A stretch of DNA of 64,000 nt from a virus. The position numbers were made by a program, and so were the translations under genes. Below the pieces are notes generated by a model, which did not search any database, was not told where the DNA came from, and saw only the letters and a list, made by a program, of their open reading frames with translations. The stretch spans positions 32,001-96,000 of IMG/VR virus record IMGVR_UViG_3300027833_003138. One strand, given 5' to 3'. Shown here in pieces: positions 46,019 to 55,900 of this stretch (positions are counted from its first letter, which is position 1; each line of letters starts with the position of its first letter).

Positions 46019-47137
46019 ATGGGTAAATCCAAAGTAGATCGAATAAGTTACGAAAGGTTTGGGGTTTTAATAACTGATTTTCCTGGATACAAGGACACAG
46101 CTTCAACCTCTGGGGATTTAACCAGAGTGCAGAGCCTGGAGTATAGCTTTTCTCACCCAGCTTTAGACGTAAAGGCGATCGGTTCCGATATACTGGTCTC
46201 TCAGGACGATGAATCTCCAATTATTCGTCAACCAGAAATCGATTGCAGTATGTCGTATATATTTTCCAGCGGAGAAAACGAAGAAGTATTAGGTTTTTAT
46301 CTTGGGTCTGACGGCAGCGTGTTAAAGAATTTTTATAATACCCAAGGAACTGATGATGTTAATTTATTCTTGGTTGCCGACGCAGGAGGTTGCGGCCATA
46401 GGGATTTAAATAACGTAACAGATCAACAGGGGTTTTCTGGTTATAATGTAGTAGGTTTTGGTAATTCTTTTTTAAAAACTTACGAATACTCAGCCTCTGT
46501 CGGACAGCTTCCTGTTTGCTCTGTATCTTTTCTTTGTAGTAATATGAGGTTTGATGAATATAAAGAACATGATCCTCCTCATTTTCCGTCCATAAAACTT
46601 GGAATAGAAAACGAGCCTTCGGAGGAAAGACTGGTTTTAAACGAAGACTCTTTGAATCCTCATACAGATAATGATGTACCAGCAATAATGCCTGGGGGAA
46701 TCATAATAAATATAACCAAAAACGCAGGAGCCCACGGAGGAGCGGTTCTAGACGATGTGGAAGCTGCTATACAAAACATAAACATAAACCTTCCAATCCC
46801 TAGACAGGATATTTATGGCTTTGGAAGTAATTATGTGTTCGACCGAAAACTTAAGTTTCCTGTGATTGGGTCCGTATCTATGGATATGACTCTTAGAGAA
46901 TTTTATACAGGAGAGATAGACTCTTTTTTTACGCAAGGATCAAGATACGATATGATAATATCTCACACAGAAAGAGACGGATCTGGAGGAATAACCAATA
47001 TAAATTCTTTTAAAATTGAAAACGCTCAATTGAAACAACAAAGCTACTCTCAGGCAATTGGAACAGACGCTTCGGTAAGTTCTTCTTTTTCGTTTGGAGT
47101 TACTGCTAGCGGGGGCTTAAAGTTCTACAGAGCTTAA
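46019..47137 (+). CDS. tail-tube-like protein (paralogue of the major tail protein)
   Basis: RVQS..YSFS, FGN.FL..Y..SASVG.LP, PRQ.IY.FG align by eye with 47328-48707. Confidence 0.65.
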   Translation: MGKSKVDRISYERFGVLITDFPGYKDTASTSGDLTRVQSLEYSFSHPALDVKAIGSDILVSQDDESPIIRQPEIDCSMSYIFSSGENEEVLGFYLGSDGSVLKNFYNTQGTDDVNLFLVADAGGCGHRDLNNVTDQQGFSGYNVVGFGNSFLKTYEYSASVGQLPVCSVSFLCSNMRFDEYKEHDPPHFPSIKLGIENEPSEERLVLNEDSLNPHTDNDVPAIMPGGIIINITKNAGAHGGAVLDDVEAAIQNININLPIPRQDIYGFGSNYVFDRKLKFPVIGSVSMDMTLREFYTGEIDSFFTQGSRYDMIISHTERDGSGGITNINSFKIENAQLKQQSYSQAIGTDASVSSSFSFGVTASGGLKFYRA

Positions 47138-47145
47138 ATTAAAAA

Positions 47146-47171
47146 TGTTCGTTCGTTTTAACGAGCGAACA
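47146..47171. terminator. hairpin after 46019-47137
   Basis: TGTTCGTTCGTT-TT-AACGAGCGAACA, 12-bp stem with one G:U. Confidence 0.5.
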
Positions 47172-47275
47172 ACCTCGGAGTATACTATTATTTCCCTAAG
47201 CGTAGCCTACTCATGCTCACTTTTCATCGGCTAGAGGAATCGATATATTATAATATGCTCTTTATGAGTAAATTC

Positions 47276-47310
47276 AAAAAAACCCGCCCCTTTTTTAAGG
47301 GGCAGGCTTT
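47276..47310 (-). terminator. Rho-independent terminator of the tail tube gene
   Basis: GCCTGCCCCTT-AAAA-AAGGGGCGGGT followed by a T run. Confidence 0.8.
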
Positions 47311-47327
47311 AAAGAATTAATTATTAA

Positions 47328-48707
47328 TTAGGCGAATTTACCAGTGATGGTGAGAGCATTCCTTGAGCCGAGTATCCTCAAACCTCTTGCGAGATCTTCG
47401 GGTCCGCCGACTTGAGCAGTAAATGTTAAATCTACTGATTTATTATCCCCAATTGAGGAACTGAAAGATTCTCCTTCTAGCAGTGCGCCTTTAACTATAT
47501 ACTGCATCGCAACAGAGCCTGTCCCGTATTGGTTTGGTTCTCTAAGAGTGAATACTAGATCATGCTCCTCTGTGTTCCATATGAGATCCGCTACGTTTCC
47601 AGCTTTAAGATCTGCCATAATAGCGTTTACGCTAACAGAAATATTTAAAGGGTAATCAACAACTCTTGAGTATCCATAAGGAGTTCCAAGTCTGTTAAGA
47701 ACTGTTCTTGACATCGGAACATCGATACTAAAGCTTTGGACGTGAGCTGAGCCATCAACGGTATAATCATGCATTGGATTATCGTTGACGCCCTGGTAGC
47801 CAGCACCTGTAGAGATATCAAAACCACCCGCTGTTCTTCCATAACCAAGATCTCCTCGAGGATCGTTCCCTGGAAGAAGCTCGAACTCTGCAGCTCTTCC
47901 GTCTGTTCCTAGGGACATTGTTATGTCTCCAGGACGCAAGCAGGACCAACCTTCTTCTTCGGTATCTAAACCTCCTGCAGCACTGTCGTTAAGAACACCG
48001 CTAACTGCCGGAGGAATATCAAAATGTATGTCTGAAATTGGAATCCCAAAATTAGAATTTACTGCCGGAATGTCTAAGCCTGTGCTTCCAACGTAACTCT
48101 TTAAATTTAATCCATCAACAGTAACATTTGCGGTTGGCATACTTCCCACAGAGGCTTCTATGGAATAGTTCGAAACATAACCGTTTCCTAATGCAATAAC
48201 GCTTTTGCCGTCATCCATGTCTTGATTGCCTACTGCATCGTGACCTTCGCAGGTAGTTAATATAAAAAAGTTTTTTCCATCTGCATTAATGTTTTGTCCG
48301 CACTCAGTACCGCCGATAATATCATCCGCTAAGGCGCTTGAAGTTCCGTCAACATTCATTCCTAGAATTCTTTCGTTAATGCCATTTGTCAGGTAGTAAG
48401 AAAAATCAAGAGTTACTGTCGGCGGTTCAATGGAAACAGAATCAATTCTAGCTAACTGTCCAAATTGATTAACATCTTGCCGATTAACGCTAAAACTATA
48501 ATTTGCATTTTGTACTCTGCGCAACTGCTCGATTCCTGTTCTGACTTCGTAGCCAGCTGGAACGTCTGCGAGTTTCGCCACTCCTGATTTTGTTGACCAA
48601 GCGTCATTAGAAACGCTAAAATGGTGCCCTGTAGCATTTACCGTTCCAGCATATAATGCTTCACTCTGGTAAATTACTCTTGCTCGTCCTGGTAAATTTT
48701 GTGCCAT
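47328..48707 (-). CDS. major tail tube protein (duplicated tube fold)
   Basis: Two repeats of VQ....S..R..(V/L)..G; acidic and Gly-rich; strong terminator; next to connector genes. Confidence 0.7.
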   Translation of the reverse strand: MAQNLPGRARVIYQSEALYAGTVNATGHHFSVSNDAWSTKSGVAKLADVPAGYEVRTGIEQLRRVQNANYSFSVNRQDVNQFGQLARIDSVSIEPPTVTLDFSYYLTNGINERILGMNVDGTSSALADDIIGGTECGQNINADGKNFFILTTCEGHDAVGNQDMDDGKSVIALGNGYVSNYSIEASVGSMPTANVTVDGLNLKSYVGSTGLDIPAVNSNFGIPISDIHFDIPPAVSGVLNDSAAGGLDTEEEGWSCLRPGDITMSLGTDGRAAEFELLPGNDPRGDLGYGRTAGGFDISTGAGYQGVNDNPMHDYTVDGSAHVQSFSIDVPMSRTVLNRLGTPYGYSRVVDYPLNISVSVNAIMADLKAGNVADLIWNTEEHDLVFTLREPNQYGTGSVAMQYIVKGALLEGESFSSSIGDNKSVDLTFTAQVGGPEDLARGLRILGSRNALTITGKFA

Positions 48708-48769
48708 AATATTTATTAATAAGATTAGATTCTGTTTCTATTACATTTTTTGTATAAAAAAGGGAAGTT

Positions 48770-49621
48770 TTAAGAAAAGCGAGGATACCTTAGGTTGGTT
48801 ATTTCGAAATCTATAAAGCCTACAAAAAGAGATGGGTCTATATTTTTGCTTATTCTGTCGCTTAATTTTGAAACTCTCGCCTCTTCTATATGAAAAAAAG
48901 TTTCTCGTTTTGATGTTGCAAGCTCTTTATAATTAAAACCTGTAGTGTCTCCGTATTCTGTTAGCGGAAAATCTTCAAAACCTAATTTAGCAAAGACTTC
49001 GTTTTTTGAATCTGCGAATACAGATAAAGCTCCATCAAGCTGATATGTATTTTCTGCAAAAACAACGCAACGAATACTTGTGGTGGTTTTATCTTCTCCT
49101 CCGAATGCAAACGGTTCATTTTCTGCCATTTCCGAGTTTACAAAAATTGCAGGTATGACTTGTTTATAAGGCTCAATTCCTCCTAGCGACTGCTTGAATC
49201 TGCTATTTGAATCAAATTTACTTTCAACTATCAATTGCTCTTCTGTTTGATTTGTTATATAAAAGTTAAAATCTTTTACTGTATAATCTCCACTTAATGT
49301 AGTTTTATTTGCTCCAAAACTTGAATCGAATATCACTCGCCCATTGTCAAAATCAATTTTTAATCCGTCTTGCCCTCTTGGAACGAATGTTCCATTGTCG
49401 TAAACGCCGCTAGGTATGTTCGCCCCCTCTATGCTTTCGTCGCTAACCCATTGCTTGTAGGGGCTATTGTAAGACACCAACCCAGGGCCAAGCCTCGCGT
49501 CTCCGGTGTCTGCATAAAAATCAGACGACTTGCTTGAGAATGCGTCCGCTTTTTTAGTTATAAAATTGTCAGCCCATAAGACAAAACTTGTAGTAACTTG
49601 ATGTTGGAATTGTGGCTTCAT
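48770..49621 (-). CDS. putative tail terminator/neck protein
   Basis: Synteny upstream of tube; PAIFV...PFAFGG. Confidence 0.5.
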   Translation of the reverse strand: MKPQFQHQVTTSFVLWADNFITKKADAFSSKSSDFYADTGDARLGPGLVSYNSPYKQWVSDESIEGANIPSGVYDNGTFVPRGQDGLKIDFDNGRVIFDSSFGANKTTLSGDYTVKDFNFYITNQTEEQLIVESKFDSNSRFKQSLGGIEPYKQVIPAIFVNSEMAENEPFAFGGEDKTTTSIRCVVFAENTYQLDGALSVFADSKNEVFAKLGFEDFPLTEYGDTTGFNYKELATSKRETFFHIEEARVSKLSDRISKNIDPSLFVGFIDFEITNLRYPRFS

Positions 49622-50245
49622 TTAAAAATAAGATTTAGATAATCTTGTTGCAGATAGGGTGTTTAAGTTGGTTTCAAAATCTTTCAATAAAGGTTTTATA
49701 TATTGTTTTTTTAAGCTGCCTCCCGACTCCCTGCCGGATTGGATTCCCGCTCCTGATCGTCCTGCTGGAGGGCTTTGTGCGTGCATGTATTGACCTAAAT
49801 TAGCTATGCCTTGACCTTCTAGCTGCTGTAGCCAGCTTGCTCCTTTTGCCCAAGGCAATGGGGTGGCTGCATAAAGATCTTTTAATGTTGGTATATTTAC
49901 CGCAAAACTCCAAACAAAACCAAAAGATCCAAACTTTCTTCTTTTTATTAATATATTTGTGCGCTGTAAAAGATTTTGTAATTCATATACTGGATCATCT
50001 CCAATTTCAAAACCTATAAATCCAAATAAGTTTCCTTCTGGTAAAGTTCCGCTTAAATTTTTAGAAGCGGGGCCTCTTTTTAGCTCTCTTGTTATTGCGT
50101 GGGATTCAAAATCTTGCATTAATTTTCCATGAGCCACTTTGAATTGAGATTCAATTATTAATCTTCCTTCATTTATCAATTGTTTGTTTTTTCGAATTTC
50201 AAGATCTAATGCCCTCTTGACTCCTTTGTCTATCATCTTGGCCAT
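49622..50245 (-). CDS. putative tail completion/neck protein
   Basis: Synteny only. Confidence 0.45.
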   Translation of the reverse strand: MAKMIDKGVKRALDLEIRKNKQLINEGRLIIESQFKVAHGKLMQDFESHAITRELKRGPASKNLSGTLPEGNLFGFIGFEIGDDPVYELQNLLQRTNILIKRRKFGSFGFVWSFAVNIPTLKDLYAATPLPWAKGASWLQQLEGQGIANLGQYMHAQSPPAGRSGAGIQSGRESGGSLKKQYIKPLLKDFETNLNTLSATRLSKSYF

Positions 50246-50703
50246 TACTCTATGGGTCTTAATAGCAGTGAATAAAATTGTATAACATCAAAAAGTCCGT
50301 GAGCTCTTGGGTCAGAATCTACGTGAAACATTCTTCCGTCAAGCTCGATTCTTTTTGCCTCTTTAATGTACGCATAGTCTTCAGCTTTTAATTTGATCCT
50401 TACTAAACTACTTCCATCTGGTCGGCTTACTTTTATTTGAGCTCCAGCTTCTCCGAAATTTTCCAAACTTCTATCCGAATCGTATCTAATTCTCGCTTTA
50501 AATATTTTCTTTACAGGGATATTCTCCACGCTTGTGGTGGAAGCTCCGCCTGTTCCGTAAAGATAATTAAAATTAGGGTCTGTGCTAACTATAACTTTTT
50601 GAGCTTCTTTATATACAACAATGTCTCTTCCGAATGTATCATGAAGATCTAACAAGTTCGCTGCCACGCTTGCTCTTTCTGCCGCTGTCAATAATTCTGC
50701 CAT
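50245..50703 (-). CDS. putative head-tail joining protein
   Basis: Synteny; start 9 nt after GTGTA. Confidence 0.5.
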   Translation of the reverse strand: MAELLTAAERASVAANLLDLHDTFGRDIVVYKEAQKVIVSTDPNFNYLYGTGGASTTSVENIPVKKIFKARIRYDSDRSLENFGEAGAQIKVSRPDGSSLVRIKLKAEDYAYIKEAKRIELDGRMFHVDSDPRAHGLFDVIQFYSLLLRPIE

Positions 50704-50712
50704 GAATACTTT

Positions 50713-50737
50713 TACACTAAAGATTTTTTTTTGTGTA
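50713..50737. promoter_or_regulatory. divergent pair of GTGTA putative late promoters
   Basis: TACAC-N15-GTGTA at the strand switch. Confidence 0.6.
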
Positions 50738-50775
50738 TATCGATACAGGTACAAGGATCTACAACAATAATACAT

Positions 50776-51063
50776 ATGGAAGCAGAAGACATTTTTAAAA
50801 AATGTTGCCACAGGAATACGGTTTCCCTTTTTAAGGGTTTCCTCGTTATGCTTGAGGATTTACATAAGGAGCATCAAATTAATTTTAATAAATTAAGAAA
50901 TAATTTGCCAGAGGGTTGCGTGCCAGTTGTGGATCAAGCTGACTACTTCAGTTTAGATAAGTTGCAGCACCTAAGAAAAAGAACTTTAGATATTGGCAAT
51001 GAAACTATTAGAAATATCGAAATGGATTTAGATAATTATACCATAGGCTTTACATTTAAATAA
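50776..51063 (+). CDS. hypothetical protein
   Basis: ORF MEAEDIFKK... Confidence 0.65.
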   Translation: MEAEDIFKKCCHRNTVSLFKGFLVMLEDLHKEHQINFNKLRNNLPEGCVPVVDQADYFSLDKLQHLRKRTLDIGNETIRNIEMDLDNYTIGFTFK

Positions 51064-51072
51064 AATAAAATT

Positions 51073-51882
51073 ATGTCAGACACAGCAACCCCAACAATAA
51101 ACGATACCCGCAAAAAACTGCGTGAAATTTACAGCTTCACTTTTGAAAAAGAAGAGAAGGTCAAGAAAACAGAGACGAGCAAAGTCAAGAACGAAGAAAC
51201 CGGCGAAGAGGAAGAAGTTTCTGTAACCAAGGAAGTGGTTGAGCCAATTCCTTATCGACTCATAATGAAGCAGCCAACTCGCAGACAAATAGAAGATGCC
51301 GAATTGGAATTTAGTGTCGAAATGAGTAATTGTATAAAGCGAGGAATTTTAACAAAAGCCATGCTCGCAAAAAAATACAGCGATACAGGTGGACTGCTTG
51401 CGGAAGAGGACGCAAAAGCTCTGACAAAAATGTACGTAAGGTATGGAGAATTCTCCCAGGAAAGCGAAAAGATTCAGATAAAAAATGTTAAAACAGAAAA
51501 GGATACAGCGCGATTAAAGGAAATCGCTGGAGAGATAGCTCTTTTAAGGAAAGATATTATTAATGTCGAGACTTCATATTCTAACCTTTTCAACCACACC
51601 GCTGACGTAAGAGCCGAGAATAAAGTTATTCAATGGTATATTTTAAATCTCACTTTTGTTCAGAAGTCTGACGAAGAGGAAATATCTCCTTTATTTGAGG
51701 GTCGCGATTTTGAGCAAAAGCTTCAAACTTATTACGAGCTTGAGGAGGAGGGGAACGATCTTTATGATATAGTCGGAGGAAAGGTTGCCGCATTTTTTAG
51801 CTTTTGGTATTACAGTTCTGGCGCAGTTTCGAAACTAGATTTCGAAAAGCTAGACAAAGATATCGAGGACGGTAGTATTTAA
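51073..51882 (+). CDS. putative tail assembly chaperone
   Basis: Acidic, helical, upstream of TMP. Confidence 0.5.
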   Translation: MSDTATPTINDTRKKLREIYSFTFEKEEKVKKTETSKVKNEETGEEEEVSVTKEVVEPIPYRLIMKQPTRRQIEDAELEFSVEMSNCIKRGILTKAMLAKKYSDTGGLLAEEDAKALTKMYVRYGEFSQESEKIQIKNVKTEKDTARLKEIAGEIALLRKDIINVETSYSNLFNHTADVRAENKVIQWYILNLTFVQKSDEEEISPLFEGRDFEQKLQTYYELEEEGNDLYDIVGGKVAAFFSFWYYSSGAVSKLDFEKLDKDIEDGSI

Positions 51883-51887
51883 TATAT

Positions 51888-52874
51888 GTGGAAGCGGTCA
51901 AGCGCAGAAAGATATTTAGGGATGTAGTTAGAGGTTACTCTTCCACAATTCTTGACGAGGACTTTGTTTACATCAAGCACTTGACTCCGCACGACCAAGT
52001 AGAGCTTGAAGAGATAGAGGAAAAATATTTTAACGCAGCCCTTCGTCGGGGCGTGCCCACAGAAGAAGAGATGCTTGCTTTTTTAAAAGAAGAGGGAGAC
52101 TGGGGAGACAAGGACGAAAAATTCATAGAGGATAAGGAGTATTTTCTTGAAACTTTAAAGACCGCCAAAACAAAAATGGTTATCAAGAACCAGATTGACA
52201 AGCAAGAAAAAACAATAGAAGAAGAAACCCTCGCACTGAATCAAAAACTCGCTCAGAGGATGTCTCTTGTTGGAAACACTTGCGAGAAATATGCAAAAGA
52301 TAGATTAAATGATTTTTATATGATTAAAAGTTTTTATAAAGATAAAGATTTATTGATTCCTTTATTTGGTGAAGATGAATTTGATGAATTAGAGAATCAA
52401 GATTTAAAGAAAATAGTTTCTCGTTATAACGATGTCTTTAAGAGCTTTAATGAAGAAAATATACAATATACTATATTAGAAGATTTTTATAATCCATATT
52501 TAAGTTTTGCTGAAGATAGTATGCAATTTTATGGAAAGCCGTTTTGTGATTTAACATACAATCAAATAAGATTAATTGTATATACTAGAGTATTTAAAAA
52601 TATATTTGATAATAATGAAAATATACCAGAGAATATAAGAAAAGATCCCGCGAAACTGTTAGACTTTGGAGGCTCCTCAAAAGAAGAGCGAGACAAAGCC
52701 AAAGACAAACTAAATCAAGGTAGCGCTGGAACTCTAGTTGGGGCTAAGGATGAGGATTATGAGTATCTTGGGGTGGACAAGCCTAAGGGAGGAGTAAGTC
52801 TTCACGAAGAAGCCAAAAAGAAGGGCGGAACTTTAAATATGGAAGATTTAATGAAATTGCATGGAGTAGGATAG
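51888..52874 (+). CDS. putative tail assembly chaperone
   Basis: Immediately upstream of TMP. Confidence 0.5.
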   Translation: MEAVKRRKIFRDVVRGYSSTILDEDFVYIKHLTPHDQVELEEIEEKYFNAALRRGVPTEEEMLAFLKEEGDWGDKDEKFIEDKEYFLETLKTAKTKMVIKNQIDKQEKTIEEETLALNQKLAQRMSLVGNTCEKYAKDRLNDFYMIKSFYKDKDLLIPLFGEDEFDELENQDLKKIVSRYNDVFKSFNEENIQYTILEDFYNPYLSFAEDSMQFYGKPFCDLTYNQIRLIVYTRVFKNIFDNNENIPENIRKDPAKLLDFGGSSKEERDKAKDKLNQGSAGTLVGAKDEDYEYLGVDKPKGGVSLHEEAKKKGGTLNMEDLMKLHGVG

Positions 52875-52912
52875 TTTTGGTGTATTAATACCTTATAACG
52901 GAATAAGGTAAT

Positions 52913-55900
52913 ATGTCTATAAATCTCAATGTAACAGGTAATACGCAACCGCTTGAAGCGGCTGTTCAAGCGGCTGTAAACCGTATTCGCAAAACACCGA
53001 TCAAAATAACGGTGGACGACAAGGGAGCTACTCAGCCGCTTGGAAATATGAAACGCGGAGCTGATGAGTTTAGCAAATCTATGGAAGCTGCTAACGCTCG
53101 TATCATTGCGTTTGGCGCAAGTATGGCGATAATAAATGGAGTAGCTGACGGCTTTAAGGCCTTAGTTAAAAATGTTGTTGAAGTCGAAAAAGCCCTTGCC
53201 GATATCAATGTAGTGATGAATTTATCTACAGCGAATTTAGAAAAATTCTCAAACGGCTTGTTTAAAACCGCCAAGGAAACTGGAGCAGCTTTTAACGTTG
53301 CCGCTGAAGCAGCTACCGAATATGCTCGTCAAGGCTTGACAATGGAAGAGTCTTTAAAAAGAACTCGAGACGCTCTTATTTTGACCCGATTAACTGGAAT
53401 GGATTCTGCAAATGCAGTAAAAGCTTTAACTGCAGCCATGAATACTTATGGAGATCAAATAAAAGACACTACTCAGTTGGTAAGTAAGTTTGCCGCTGTT
53501 GATGTTAAATTTGCGGTTAGCGCTGAGGACTTTGCGGATGCTATATCTCGTACTGGACAAGCAGCAAGAAGCGCTGGAGTAGATATTGATGAATTGGTTG
53601 GTCTTGTTACTGCGGCTCAGCAGAAAACCGCTCGAGGTGGTAAAGTAATCGGAAACTCATTTAAAACAATTTTCACAAGAATAGGAAGAACAGACACTTT
53701 AAATCAATTGGAAAATCTGGGTATCGCTGTAAGAGATTTGGAAGGCAATACGATTGGCGCAAGAAGAATTTTAACCGATCTCGCTAACACTTTTGATCAT
53801 CTTACGGAATCTCAAAAAGCACAAATAGCTCAGACGGTTGGTGGAGTTTTTCAAATCAATATATTAAAAGCTGTGTTGAGTGACGCTGCAAAGCAAAACG
53901 GTATACTTGCAAACGCTACTCAAATCTCTGCAGGGGCCACCACAGAAGCTATAGACAAAAACGATCAATTAAGGCAGACCATGTCTGCAATGGCCACAGA
54001 AACCGGACTAGCTTTAAAGGAATTAAGTGCACAGATTGGAGAAATTATGCTTGCTCCGGGAATGGAAAAGGTTTTGAATGTTTTTAAGGGACTGGCTGAA
54101 GGAGCAAATGAAATGCTTGGCGGTGGAGAATCCACTGGTAGCGATTTCGCTCAAGGTTTTTTAAAGGGCTTGGGTAATATCATAACTGGTCCAGGGTTGG
54201 TCGTTATTTCCGCAGTATTTATAAAGTTATTTGCTAAAGCTTTGGTTTATGCGAATCAAAGTCTGCAATCTTTAATTGGGGTAACAAGCGAAGCTCATAA
54301 ACAAAAAGCAATACAAACTTCTCTTGTTACTTTATTTGGGCAAAACGCAGCGATAAGCAAGGAAATGTTGCGAACCGATATTTCAAGAACGGAAAAGGAA
54401 AAAATAATCCTTGGACTCTTGAAGGCTCAAGTTGTTGAAGCTAACATGTTGAACTCTGTATCAAAAAGCGTTGCTTCTAGTTTATACACGAAAGGTTACA
54501 ATGCAAGCCTTGCCCCTCGAAAGGGAAGAGCGGGCGGACACATTCCAAATTTTGCAGATCCAGAACGCGAGCAAGCTGCGCGAGGTGGATATGCGGCTGG
54601 AACAATTCGTTCGATGAATATGCCTGGCGAAGGCTCGGTGATATATAACAGCGCAGAAAAAGTAAAGAATTTTAAGGGGATGAGTCAACCTGCGATCATG
54701 CCTCCTCATTCAAGCAAAGCTGGAAAAAATTATCAACAAGCATTTGGTAGTATACATGGATTCGATCCATATGCAGCAGGAGGGTATATACCGAACTATG
54801 CGAGAGTAAAAGATGTTCCAAATACTTATATGGATGTCCGAGCTTTTAAACAATTCGCAGGAATAAGAACTGGCGCTTCCTCGAGTAATACTAAGGCCAC
54901 GGGAGCATATAACACCCTTCGTCAATACGCAGAAACAAATAAACTTCAAAATTTATCTCCGGCAGCGCTTGTAAAGTCTTATAAAGGAAGCCAAACCCTA
55001 AAGAGCCCAAAAAAGTCTTTAGCCGCAATGCTTGTTCCCCCTGAAGGTTATAGTGGCAAGCCTTTTGCTAGCTACAGCGATCTTACGTGGCCAGTCTATT
55101 CCTTAAGGCCTGACGCTCAAACCGACCCATCTTTAAGCAAAATGGTTGAGGGTGACTTCAAGTCGACGGGAAGTAAGTATGCTTCAAGAATCTCCAAAGT
55201 TCTAGAGAGGGGGCCAGTTAGTGAAAGTAAGATTTGGAAAACTATGCAGTCGGACACTGCTGGCGGAGCAAAAGGAGCATGGAAAGCTGCGGTAGGAGCT
55301 TTATTTGAAGCCGCAGTTAATTCCGCTTTAGATTATAGAAGTAAAGGGAGAGGTAAGGATGAGGGAGACTTCGATGTTCGAGGTGGGGATATAGGGATAT
55401 TGTCAACAGCTTTTGATGGTTTTCCTGAGGGTATGACATTAGCCGATTACAAAAGCGATGACCGAAGTCCAGGAAATAAAGCTTCTTTTAGAAAAAAAGT
55501 ACTTAAGCAACTTAAATTTAATAAATCCCAACAGCAAAACAAACTCAAACCAGGAAATTACGCCTCGGGGTTTATACCTAACTTCGCCGCAGCACGGCTA
55601 GCTCTCACGGGTGGATTGGTTGGAAAAAACAAATTTGGCAATATAGATCGCAGGCAGATGACAAGACTGGTAAGATCTAATCCTTACTTCAACGGCTTGA
55701 TGAATGAACATCTTACATGGGACAGTTTTCCGAAAAAAGATAAGCGTAAATTAAGCGGGTGGCTACTCAAACAAGGGGTGTCTAACCGAGCCTTGCAAGC
55801 GTATGGTCTTGCAAGCATGCATTCAAAATCGATCGGAGAGGGAATCTCAAACTTAGCTATGGCGAAAGGCTTTATTCCCAACTTTGCTAACCCATTATCA

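Noticed and set aside
51073-52874. Programmed -1 frameshift joining the tail chaperones
   Set aside because: The second ORF is in the -1 frame, but TAG at 51873 closes it and no slippery heptamer lies in the short overlap
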